DNA of 64,000 nucleotides, taken from assembly GCF_009914755.1 (NCBI RefSeq), contig NC_060928.1. One strand, given 5' to 3'. This DNA comes from the human T2T-CHM13v2.0 reference genome, Homo sapiens. This document shows positions 32,038 to 44,221 of the stretch, one piece after another. Position numbers and translations under genes: made by a program. How positions within the stretch are numbered: position 1 is the first letter of the stretch; each line of letters begins with the position of its first letter. The notes under the pieces were generated by a model, which was not told where the DNA came from, searched no databases, and saw only the letters and a program-made list of their open reading frames with translations.

Positions 32038-33729
32038 TGATGGCAGCAGCAGCCTGTCTAGAGTGGCCACTGTCATGACGTTGGCTGCAGTGTGGGAGGT
32101 ACAGCTGGGGCTGTGCACTTCATGCAGCCGGTGGGAACTGGGAACAGGTGGAAGCCCCACCCCCTTCTGTGTTGGCAGGGCAGGAGCTTCACACTCCCTG
32201 GGCACAGCTGCAGCCTCCCAGCTATGGCTTCAGACCCAGGTCTCCCTGTGCTCTTGGGGTCTGGGAGCAGGCAGGAACCCCGCCCTCCCAGGTGCAGCTG
32301 CAGCCACCCAAGTCATGGCTGCGGACCTGGGCATCTCTGTACTGTTGGGGGCCCAGGAAGACCCCCTGCCCCCATAGGCTCAGAAATGCCTGCTCCTGCT
32401 GCCTGGCCTCTCCCTGCTCCCGGCACCCACTTCAATCTCAGAGCAAAGTTGAGGCTGAGCCTGGGTGCTGTGACAATCTGGACAATCTCTCTGCAGCGTG
32501 TGTGCGTGCTTGGAGCAGCACTAACATGCCAGCTTCCTTCCACCTCGGCCCACTCTGGACTTTGGGCACCAATGAGCATGAGAGGGAGACTGAGTCAGGG
32601 GTAAGGGCAGCTTGGCATGGGCCTGCAGGCACCCCTTGGCATGAACAGCCTGGGCACCATGAACAGCAGCAGAAGGCAGACAGGCTCCTGGATGAAAAGG
32701 GATGGGTCCCCAGTGAAGCCCCACCTTCAAGCCAGGGAAGGCCTGAAGCTTGGAGGCCAGGCTGCCAGCCCAAGGACAGAAATGGGAACTTATAGTGCTT
32801 TTTCTGGCCTGCCCATGGCCACCCATGGACCAATCAGCATGCACCTCCTCCCTTATGAAGCCCATAAAAACCCCAGAATCAGGAGACATTGGGATAGCCA
32901 GATGCAGAGAGGAGCTGCCCACTGCAGGGTTTCCTCTCTGTTAAGGGCTGAACACTAGTCAGGACACCCTGGCTACAGAGAGCAGCTACCCACTGTGAGT
33001 CTCCTCTGAGCTGTTCCATTGCTCAATAAAGCTCCTCTTCACCTTGCTCACCCTCCAACTTGTCCACATACCTCATTCTTCCTGGGTGCAAGACAAGAAT
33101 GCGAGACCCACCAAATGGCAGGGATGAAAGAGCTGTAACACAGACAGGGCTGAAACATGCCCCTTGCTCACCATATTGCGGGTGACAAAAAAAAGAGAAA
33201 AGCTGCAGCCCTTCAGAAAGCCCAGACCTAGGAGCTCCCCAAGCCAGGGCTGTGACACTCTCTTTGGGGCTCTGCAGTTCCTGACATCTCCAACCTTCCA
33301 GGCGCCACCGTGTTGCCCCATGCCAGCCATAGAAGCTGCTTGCAGGATGCCCCATCCAGCCACAGCCTCACCCAACCTTCCAGGTGCCACCATGTCCCCC
33401 CGTGCCAGCCATGGAAGCTGCTTGCAGGGTGCCCAGTCCAGCCACAGCCTCACAGGGAGCTGGCGCTCATGCTGGCATCTGAAGCTGCCCGCCCCACCGC
33501 AGCCAGTATGCCTGGCTGTGTGCAGTGACCAGACCCCACACTTGCTCCCTCACATACCTCTCACCACTCCACTCATCCTTGGCAGGCATGGGATCCAGGC
33601 CAGTAACACGAGCCAAGCACAGCCTTTCAGGCTGAGTGGTCCCAGTGGGCCTGAGCAAATCTCAGGCAAAGGCACAGCTGGCCACAGAGGTTTCTAGCTG
33701 GTGAAGTGACACCCAAGAATCCTGTAACA
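32038..33729 (+). mobile_element. MER52-family ERV1 solo LTR, about 1.69 kb
   Basis: TG...CA termini (tgatggcagcagc...cctgtaaca); 4-bp TSD ATTT at 32034-32037 and 33730-33733; TATA-like cataaaa near 32862; AATAAA at 33025. Confidence 0.88.
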
Positions 33730-34234
33730 ATTTCATTTTTGCCATCTCTATAAGCTTTGCATTCAAAGCCTAATAAAGGATGAGTTTAAATCTACCTTGT
33801 TTAATGCTACATTCACAATGCCTGGTATAGGGCTTGGCACATAATAAGTATTTTTTGAATGAATGAATGAATGAATGCCTCATGTAAGTCAACTCATAGA
33901 CTGGCCCACTCCAGACCTATTTATATTTATAGCCAAGAGGGCAAACTTACACATTATGGAATTTACCCAATTACACATAACAAACCTGAAAATCAGCCTA
34001 GGTCAGCAGGAGTCTATGGGTAAGGCTGAGAACATGAATATTTATCCACAGCCATTCACCTTTGGACATTCTTTATCTTATTTAGGCTCAGGAGAGAAAA
34101 AAAATTGGATTAGTTGAGAAGAGGGGTTGATAAAGACCACCCTTACCAGCTGTCTAGGATCATCCAAAAACTTCCACCAGCTGAGTTAGTTTTCAGCCAG
34201 GATGTCAGTGAACAATTTTTTGCAAAGACAGGTT

Positions 34235-34655
34235 CCCCTTAGAGCAGATTCTGAAACAAAGTTTTGAGTGCTGCAGTTGATTTGGATGTCATCCCAATGA
34301 AGAAAGAAAGAAATGAGACACGAGGAAGAAAAGTCAGCTAATTAAGATGTGTTTTCACTCTGGCTGTGTCACCCACTCTGGGCAACTGGAACTTAATTGC
34401 TCTCTGAAACTCTGCGTGTCAAGTCTCAGAGTTATCCCACCAGAGAAGTGAAAGAACTGGGACACATACACCTCCTCCCATCAGTTACTGGTGGGGCTGG
34501 GGGTCTGGGAAGGGGTCATTAGATTCCTGGCTTACCCAGCCTGCCCATGTTGCCAGAGGATACCTTGATCAGGTTGTCAGAAGCCAGCAATAGTAGTGAA
34601 TTACAATGACAAGCCAGAAAGGAAATAGGCCAGGCACTGACAATGATTATTACAG
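34235..34655 (-). mobile_element. Old MLT1 LTR remnant
   Basis: agcagattctgaaacaaagttttgagtgc...agttgatttgg motif. Confidence 0.5.
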
Positions 34656-35360
34656 ACTCTCTTCCACCTTATGGTCATGCCTGAGAATTCACTGCCCCAG
34701 AATTTTAGAATTCCAGGAGACAGCATAACTCTTTTTGTTCCTTAAGTCTCTGACCCACAACACTTATACACAGCAACAGAACCATCTCTCAAAATCCCCC
34801 CTCCCCAGCCCCCAGAAATGTTAGTGGCAGCACAGCTGCCAACCTCTTTTTTTTTTTTTTTTTTTTTTAATTTAACGAGAGGCGAATTTAACAGGCAAGA
34901 AGGGGCAAGAAGGAAGGGAGAAGGAAGAAGCTCCCCTGTACAGAGACAGAGGGAGGGGGGCTCCAAAGCCGAGAGAGGGAACCCCACCTGCCACAGATAC
35001 CAGCTAGGTGTACATACAGAGGCTGCAGGAGGCGGTGTCTGATTTGCATAGGGTCCATGGGATTGGTTTGACTAGGCATGTCATTCACATAGCCCGCGAA
35101 AAAGCTGGCCCTCCTGCCCTAGCCTTTTAATATACAAATGCAGGGCACCGTGACGTTCTACACACGTGGGGATACGTGGGGGCGGCCATGTTGCCAAAAA
35201 CATGTGGGGAAAGGGCAAGAAGGCCACTGGAATCGCCATGTTTGGGTGGACCCAGTTTCTAATGGCTGGCGTTTGCATATCAAAGGTTGCCAGCCTGGCT
35301 CTAGAGCCAGGGCTTTACAAGAAACTTTTGCGGAGATGCTTTAAAAAAAGGAAAACTTAG

Positions 35361-35690
35361 GGCTGGGCACGGTGGCTCACGCCTGTAATCCCAGCACTTT
35401 GGGAGGCTGAGGCAGGCGGATCACCTGAGGTCGGGAGTTCAAGACCAGCCTGACCAACATGGAGAAACCCCCGTCTTTACTAAAAATACAAAATTAGCCA
35501 GGTGTGGTGCATGCCTGTAATCCCAGGCAGCTACTCGGGAGGCTGAGGCAAGAGATTCTCTTAACTCTGAGGCAAGAGAATCGCTTGAACCTGGGAGGCA
35601 GGGGTTGTGGTGAGCCAAGATCGTGCCATTGCACACCAGCCTGGGCAACAAGAGGGAAACTCCATCTCAAAACAAAAAAGAAAAAACAAA
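35361..35690 (+). mobile_element. AluSp inserted in the LTR U3
   Basis: gtcgggagttc...ctgaccaacatggagaaaccc are Sp features; TSD aaaaggaaaactt / aaaagaaaactt. Confidence 0.92.
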
Positions 35691-35944
35691 AAAGAAAACT
35701 TCCCAAGGACCCCTTTTCCTGTCTATCTGCCTAAAATAATTTCTTAATAACTCCTACAACATTCCCCCATGTGGAGATGCCACACTAACTGCTGTTAGGG
35801 GGTTTTGGGCAACGACTCCTTCTGGCTACTTCCTGCTGAAAAGGGGCATCAAATGGGGAACAGCAGCTAGGGCTCCTCCTAGGGTGGATCTAAGGGTCCT
35901 CCGAAGAATGGCATGTCCATGTGTAGTTAGTTTACAGAACCATT

Positions 35945-36212
35945 TGGAGTTTGCTTCTAGGCGAGAAGAAACAATTTGAGGTATAGTATTGTGTATACAG
36001 GGTCCAAATATCAATACAAGAAGACAAATAAGCAAGAGAGGTCTTAATAAAGGGGTTAACCAATTCCATAAAGAAGACTGGAATTTATTAGAGGGACTGT
36101 GGCCACTCAGGGCTGAAGCCGGCATTTTCCCTGAGCCTGTCAATAATTTTGATTTGATTTTTAAGTACCTATAGATTTTCCTTTACTTTACTAGAGGTGT
36201 TAATCCAAAAGC
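35945..36212 (-). pseudogene. env: Gammaretrovirus-like env transmembrane-subunit C-terminal remnant, disrupted
   Basis: Minus translation FWINTSSKVKENL*VLKNQIKIIDRLREN..., then after a frameshift SLWNWLTPLLRPLLLICLLVLIFGPCIHN...VSSRLEA, the typical post-CX6CC, TM and FGPC layout. Confidence 0.85.
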
Positions 36213-39200
36213 CAGCTGCCAACCTTCTGAACCCCACTACAAAATCACAGTAGAAAATAAAAATCACTATAGCAATTGCCATAAGGTAATACAATTTTCT
36301 GCTTACTTGCACTCCACCCAAGCTTCTCCCCTTCACCCATATACACCCATACTATGAACTCATTGAGAAAAAGTCCTCTCTGTTATTCATTTTTAAATCC
36401 TGCAAATCTAAAACAGAATTGGGCAGGTAGTTGGCATTCAATCAGTGTTTCTTAAGTGAATTAACTAAATTGACAAGCCTAGTTTAGATCCGTGGCATCA
36501 CAAAGTCTATCCTCAGAACCCCACACATGCTTTCCTAGCCATTTAGTTCCAAAAAAGAGCATGTTCACTACATAATTGGGACTGACTACTTTGCCAAATT
36601 CAAGCATCATTTCTGATACTTGAGAACATTGCTGTTTTTCAGTCAAAACTGTGTTGCATACTTTACTAATTACGAACTGTGAAACTATGGCATTACAGTT
36701 ACCATTCTGGGGACAAGAGAGAAAAAACACAAGATTTTTATTTCCTGAACTCCTAAAAGTATCTGTTCCTAGTGCCCATGGTATGGGAGTAACACATCTA
36801 TTACTAAAGGCACCGAGTACACTCAAGGGAATAGAACTGATTTTTATTTTGTCACTCACATTTACAGGTATCTATTTATTTATGTTTCTCTGGTTGAATT
36901 CCTCTTGAGGAGTTTACAATTTAATGTGTGCCTTCTTCTTTTGTAATTCTCCAAAGTACCTAGTAGAGTGTCTGGCACATAAAGGATTGTCAATAAACCG
37001 TGGCTGATGGGTAGAATCGCCCTGCTAAGTAGGTGGAACAACCCTAAACAAGCATTAATTGCTAGAATTTCTTGAGTCCTGAAAGCAGTCAGTGTCTAAA
37101 ACCTGGTAAACAGGCTGCTCTGGCCACATGAGTGCTCAGGAATGACTAAACACTTCATTTCTGCAGCCACTGAATTTGTTTTTTTAAAGTCATCTCCAAT
37201 GGCAAATAAACATATAGTGACCTTAATCTTTCATTTTTATGACCCACTGGTATATAATAAACAGTAACCATAAGGTAGGCTCAATGGTTAGTAATAGATA
37301 GCGTAACAGCATTCATTCAAAAGGTTGGCACTGAGAGACTCAAGCTGTGGAAAACAGAACTGAACTCTGTGAGTGCCTATTGGTTAGCACAAGTGAGGTT
37401 TCAGTAGAGACATTTGCTCTCAACCTCTCAAAACATTAATCTCTTTGCTTTTTAGGTCTTCTTTTGGTTACCATGAGTAAAATCAGAAGCAAATGTGTGG
37501 AGTAAAATAAAAATTAGGAACTCTAATTTCTTAAGAGTAACTCCTGCATTGTGATTTGATAGGGTCAGGAGCTAGAAGGAAGGATTCAATTTTCAGCAGC
37601 TCTGAAAGCTTTGCAGCCCGCCATGTGTTTCAGCTTGGCCTTGATCGCAGCCGTCCCTGTTTGCTATGTGGCAGACAGCTGTTCTCTCCCGGCTCTCCGG
37701 GGTCATTCCTCCACCTCACACACCAATCCGTGTGTGAAATGAGGCACTAGCAGGAACTGCAGCCCAACATGAGCAGTAGTCTTTGGCTGGAAGGCTCAAT
37801 ATGAGACCAGGACTGATCATCAAAGTGTCTCCCCAAGGGACAGATAAAAAAGACAGGCAGAAAACAAAATTTCCTACTATATAAGACTACCAAGAAATAA
37901 AGCTTACAATATGCCACAAAAAATCTACTTCTACTTTCTATCATATCTGGTTCTATTTTCAGCTGTTACAGCTTTCCTGTCACCTGCTGGCTCTTTCTGA
38001 AATAAAGATACCAGGAGACTGAACCACTGTGTGGCTTATGATTGAGAGCTCCCTGCTAGAGCACACAAATCACACCTGGCTGTGAGATGCCATTGCATCT
38101 AGCACATGACTGCTGTTTGTAAAATGTCCAGTCCTCATTATCAGGCTCAGCAGTCTCACCACCAGACTTTTAATTAATATTTTAAGCATCTGTGAGGGTG
38201 TGCATGCCCATGTGCATGTTTATAATACAGCGTCCAGTTTGCTTTCATTTTATATTTTCTGTTTCTGGAAAATGATGATTAAAATGAGGTAGAAAGGACT
38301 GTAAAGCCCAAAATACAGAAACTCACCTTTTTCCTTAGAATGACTTATTTTATCATTTTGAATGATCTAGAGCCTAGTTAGCCATCTCTCAGAAACTGAA
38401 TAGGGAATGACTACTGCAACTGGGAGGTTGGACTGGTGACCTTCCCTGTTCCTCCCAAATTAGCAATTCTATGATTGTCATGTGCTGGGCAAATTGCTAT
38501 GAAAACATTTTTCCAAGAAAATTATCAGGCTCAAAAGCAGCTGATTCATACTGATAACTGCTAATACAATTGGTAAATTTTCTGTTTAGACAGGAAAAGA
38601 AGGATAGAGAAGAACAATTCCACAGGACTTGAAAGTAGAGAAATCTATTCAGGCAGTGACTGAATCTGTATCATAGTTTCACATGTTCAAAGCTGTGTTT
38701 ACATGGTTGAGTTGCAGTTTTCATTATAGGTCCCATTTTCAGAACTTTGTAATTCATGCCTAACTTGACATTACTGACTCTAACCCAGGAAGAAATGTTT
38801 TTATGAAACACTGTGAAATTTATTTTATTAATTTGCTTTAGAGATGAGAAAACTAATACAAAAGCAAAAAGCATAAAGATCATTTTACATTTCAAGAAGC
38901 CTCTGTAACATGTCTAGTTTCACTAACATACAGGTGACACTTAAGTCACATTTTCAATTAAGAAAGGAAAGGGGTACATAATCACAGCATTGGCCACCCA
39001 AGGGGAGTGCAGAACAAGTCCTGCTGTAAGGACCCCCTAACCCAAAGCATTCTTATGCTGGTGAAACCTATGAAAGTAAAAAATCTAGGGCAACTTTAAA
39101 GAGTGAAGAAAGTTTTGGTTTTTGTTTTTTGTTTTGGTTTTGGGGTTTTTTTAATGCAACTAACCAGTCACAGAAGTAAGGGAGAAGAGGGGAACACTTG

Positions 39201-39479
39201 CTAACTGCTAGTCCCAAACCTGGAGCAAAGCAAATTTAAAAGGTAACTAACTGTATGGACTGTTTATAACAGTCTTGAATGATTTTTAGCACCAGCTGAT
39301 AGGATCAGCTTCCTCACCCTATAATGATGCTTCTGACTATCTACTCATAGCACAGGTCTTGGACAATTACCCAGTTGAAAATTATTGCTAAAATAGACCA
39401 TTGAGCATTGACACCACATCAGAGACTTTAAAATACATTTTCTGTCATCTAGAAGGGTAAGTGCTTACAGCAGCAGAGA

Positions 39480-39640
39480 GAATTAAATAATTGATATTAT
39501 TACTCCTATTACGCAGATAAGGAACCTGAAGTTCAGAATGGTTGCTTAAGGTGCCCAAGCCATACTGCAAATATTGACTGATATGGAATTTGAAACTCCA
39601 TTTGACTGACTCTAAAGCACTTGTGCTTCCCACTACACCA
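39480..39640 (-). mobile_element. MIR SINE
   Basis: cagataaggaacctgaagttcagaatggtt core. Confidence 0.7.
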
Positions 39641-40464
39641 GAAGACCTTTCAGCCACATCTTCCTGTTAAAGAGAGAGCTCTGCTCTCCCTTGTTTTGTC
39701 ACAACTGAGAGGAATGGATCTGCATTCCTTTGAAGTGCATTGCTCTTAAATTAATATAATGAGTGGAGACTCCTTTTCTTCTAATTAAAAACAATAACTA
39801 AAATATAAGAATCTAAACATCAGAAATGAAGGTATTAAAACAGTTGTTCATTGAGATATGGAGGGCTTTCTATTGGCAGAATGTTTTGAGGTACAGAAGA
39901 GCTGCTTAATTTTTAGTATCATTTGTTAGGTAGTAGCCCTTAAAGTAAAAACTTTCCAGGTAAATCTTCATTTGATAATGAGATTAATCAACTACATTGA
40001 AAATTGCATTATCACCAAATCACAAATAGGAATCTAGATGACAGCTTCAGTGGGTAGCATAGTTTTGATGACTTGGGGCAGGATTGAAAGAGCACACTGG
40101 GCAAGGGATCAGGATATCAGGAGGATGTGGGATCTACTCTTGACTTTCTGTGGACTACCACAGTCAAATTTCCTAAGTTCAGTACATCTAAAGTTTTTGT
40201 TCTGTACAATGCACTAAATAATCTCTAGTTCCACCTAGCTATAAATATCTATGATATATTCAACGTATCCACATGCTGTATAGAAGTTTTGGTTACAGAC
40301 CACCTTTGAATAGTATTGTTTTTTAAAAAAGGATGATTTGAAAAATTCATCACTGACACTTTGATTATATCCACAATCCAATGATACTGTATTGTCTAGC
40401 TTAAATCAATGAACATTCTCTTTTATGTTTTAGTCTACTCAGAGCTAGACATAATATAAGGTAT

Positions 40465-40975
40465 ACTTACAGTTCCACATGGCTGGGGAGGCCTTACAAT
40501 CATGGCGGAAGGCAAGGATGGGCAAGTCACATCTTACATATATGGCAGCAGGCAAAAAAATAGAATGAGAACCAAGCAAAAGGGGTTTCTCCGTATAAAA
40601 CCATCAGATCTTGTGAGACTTATTCACTACCACAAGAACAGTATGAGAGAACACCTCCCATGATTTGATTATCTCCCATTGGGTCCCTCCCACAACATGA
40701 GGGAATTATGGGAGTTACAATTCAAGATGAGATTTGGGTGGGGGCACAGCCAAACCATATCATTCTGTCCCTGGCCCCTCCCAGATCTCATGTCCTCACA
40801 TTGCAAAACCAATCATGCCTTCCCAACAGTCTCCCAAGGTCTTAACTTATTTCAGCATTAACTCAAATGTCCACCGTCCAACGTCTCATCTAAGACAAGC
40901 AAGTCCCTTCTGCCTATGAGCCTGTAAAATCAAAAGCAAGTTCGTTTCTTCCTAGATACAAGTGGGGTACAGGCA
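40465..40975 (-). mobile_element. THE1 (MaLR) 3' LTR fragment (40465-40762) plus adjacent internal sequence (40763-40975)
   Basis: gagatttgggtgggggcacagccaaaccatatca is the LTR terminus, followed by ttctgtccctggcccctccc THE1-int sequence. Confidence 0.9.
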
Positions 40976-41060
40976 GGAAGACTGCTTGAGGCTGGGAGTT
41001 CAAGACCAGCCTGAACAGCACAGTGAGATCCTGTCTCTTAAAATAAAGTAAAATAAAATA
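40971..41060 (+). mobile_element. Alu left-monomer (AluJ/FLAM) fragment
   Basis: aggcaggaagactgcttgaggctgggagttcaagaccagcctg plus an A-rich end. Confidence 0.8.
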
Positions 41061-41425
41061 ACATTCTCTGAAATGGTTCAGGAAAAAATACACATGAATA
41101 TATATTTGTATATATGGAGTTATTTGTATCCATATATGTGTGTGTAGATGTATATATACATTTACAGAGAGAGCTAATTATAAAAACAAATGAAGCAAAA
41201 CATAAGTTGTTGGTAAATCTGGGCGATAGGCATATTAGAGTTCCTTGACTATTCTTGCAGCTTTTTATGAAGTTTGAAATTAATTTAAAATAAAATTATC
41301 AAAAAACGTTGAATCAGAACAAACTTTTTATAAACCACTCTATTAAATACGTTATGGGTAAATATCTATTGTCCTATATGCCCAACCAATTCACCGTCCC
41401 AATATATCCTATCTTCTGTGAATAA

Positions 41426-41753
<328 letters not shown>

Positions 41754-41979
41754 CCTCCTGTGTTTTTAACCTGCTCCTTTTCTTTCTCCCTTTATCTCTG
41801 ACTCAGAATATTTTATTCCGTGTTCTAGCCATGTGAATGCCATGTCCTTACAAGACATGGCTACAGCTGCTTGGGCTGTGGGTAAACACTCGACCTAAGA
41901 TGAGCCAATCTAACAATTTCTCCACGATTTTACACTGGGTCACAAAGGAAACCCAAACCTGTTATTCTTTGGTGGTTGT

Positions 41980-42450
41980 CCTTGTCTGGATTATCTCAAA
42001 ATCTCACTCTGAAACAAGGATTTGGATTCCATCAGTTTATTTGGGAGCTGATCCCAGGAAGCATGGTAAGAGAGTGTGGAAGTGAGAAAGGGAAAGGAGA
42101 AAGCAATAAGAAAAGATGTTCAGTCCTGCTGGGCACCCTCTAAGAGGCCTATAGAACAAAACTCACAATGCACTCCCTGCAGTATAAGGAAACGTATTTA
42201 TGCACACATTCCCATCATCTGTGGCTGAGGGTTACTCCTGGGCCTATTAACCACCTGGCACTTTTGTCCTACCATCCCAGCCCATTTCCCCCAGCCCCTA
42301 GCCAGAGAACGTCCTCAGGCAGAAAGATGTAGGTGCTTGAGGTAGAAGGCCTGGGACCCATAGATGAACAATTCTCCAACAACAAGTGACCTCAGAGATG
42401 GGCCGAGGGCACATGTTTAGGGCAGCAGCAGTGTCTGGTACAGTGGTTAA
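41980..42450 (-). mobile_element. Old MLT1 LTR remnant
   Basis: actctgaaacaaggatttggattccatcagtttatttgggagctgatcccaggaagca. Confidence 0.6.
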
Positions 42451-43894
42451 CAGTGGAGGACTCAGGCAGTTGTCAGTGGGCCATGCTTCCTGCCACATGG
42501 AGGAATCTGGTCTACAGTGACAGGGATGGAGTAAATTTGCAGAGAAAGAAACAGAGACAAAGGTGCTGACAGCAATTGAAGACCTGGTTCCAATTTTTCT
42601 TGAGGCCCAAGCCACAGCTTTGCCTGTTCAACCTTTTCTTGGATTCAGTGAGTAAATAAAATCACTTTCATATCTCAACAAATTTGAGTTGAGTTCCTGT
42701 CACATAACCAAAAGCCATGTATTAAACTTAAGATATTGTCATCGACATCCCTGTGATGAGATTCCAGTACTGTCACCCTAAAACCCCATCATATAAATAT
42801 GATCAGAGTAGAGTAACAATTATAAAAACGTCACCTCTAATCTCTGTATTTTTCTCAGTAGCAAGGTTTTCTTTTACTTATTTTTAAGTTGGGACGATTT
42901 TTAAATTGCCTCAAATATGTTCTTTATTTATTCATGACTACATATATCTTTGTACAACCAAAACTAATCAGACTTGGTAAAACATTCTCCATCTATCTTG
43001 AGGATAATTTTGTGGAACAAGTATTAAATAGTGTCTGTTTTTAGAAAGGACTTGACATTTTTGAAAGAAATGTGTTTACTGGGTATAAATTTTACACTAA
43101 CTGAAAAAATGTCTGGTGGTAAAAGAAATCTAAAAGGAAGTGAAATACAATTCAGCCTAGAAAAACAACTCAAATAATTTATTTTGGGGGCAGGAAACAA
43201 AAACATATTTATTTCCTGATCCTGAAAATACAGCCGTGTTTTGAGACCAAGGAAGATGGATGATTTTAATGTGCAGCTAAGTTGAAAAAAATGAAAAAGA
43301 AAAAATATCAAGATATATGCAACACACACGCTTACTTTATAGACAACCCATTAAGAAACAGTCCCCAGCACACATTTTTACATTTCTCATGAGATTTTGG
43401 AATTTGTGCTGCAAAAGCATATGTGGAATATGTGCAAGTTAAGACACAGTCGAATCAATAGTACAGGAATGCACGCCATGGGGTGACAGTCATCACCAGG
43501 CTGTCCGTATCTCCCACAGGGGCTATTTAACAATGAAGAGTCTATTGTTCAAACTCATTTTTCCTTCCTAAAATAATATTTCAAATGATTATACAGGATA
43601 TTTTAATATATAAGAAATACCTTAAAAGCAATAATTGTAGATAGTAACAGTTTAAACAAGAAGCTCTGTTTCATGAGGTTTTCACAGACCAGTCATTCTC
43701 TTTCCTTTTTAATTTGCATCTTATCTATTTCATTATACACAAACAGGAAATTGAGAGTTTAATTTTGGAAATACAAAATAGCCTTACTAGATTATTTATA
43801 TCAAAGCAATCATCTGAATAAAATTTATTTTGATAGGTAACTCAAAAGCAAGTTGTTTTCCTGAATTATCAGGAGAGCTCTCAAATTTATAATT

Positions 43895-44221
43895 CAATGG
43901 TCCCCAACCCCTGAGCCACTGACGGTACTAGTCCATGACCTGTTAGGAACCAGGCCGCACAGCAGGAGGTAAGCAGCGGGCAGGACAGTATGACGGCCTG
44001 AGCTCCGCCTCCTGTCAGATCAGTGGCTGCATCAGATTCTCACAGGAGCGCGGACCCTACTGTGAACTTGCACATGCGAGGATCTACGCTGCAAGCTCCT
44101 TATGAGAAGCTAACTAATGCCTGATGATCTGAGACAGAACAGTTTCATCCTGAAACCATGCCTCACACAGTTTGTCTTCCACGAAACTGGTCCCTGGTGC
44201 CAAAAAGTCTGGGGTCTGCTG
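43895..44221 (+). mobile_element. MER1B (hAT-Charlie)
   Basis: ggtccccaaccc...tgttaggaaccaggccgcacagcaggaggt...tccctggtgccaaaaag. Confidence 0.88.

Larger units (their letters stand above)
34847..36212 (-). mobile_element. Retroposed (processed) ERV1 transcript: env 3' end + PPT + U3-R of a MER61-like LTR + poly(A)
   Basis: Poly-T 34847-34868; LTR starts TGTTGTAGGAG at 35761 on minus, after a purine tract; no U5; TSD cagctgccaacct at 34833-34845 and 36213-36225. Confidence 0.88.

Noticed and set aside
32005-33697. Overlapping ORFs up to 215 aa on both strands
   Set aside because: They lie wholly within a GC-rich MER52-type LTR where stop codons are scarce; no recognisable domain
35826-36143. 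105-aa ORF as an intact or domesticated env protein
   Set aside because: Only the TM tail is present, preceded by an in-frame stop and a frameshift; no SU, fusion peptide or signal peptide
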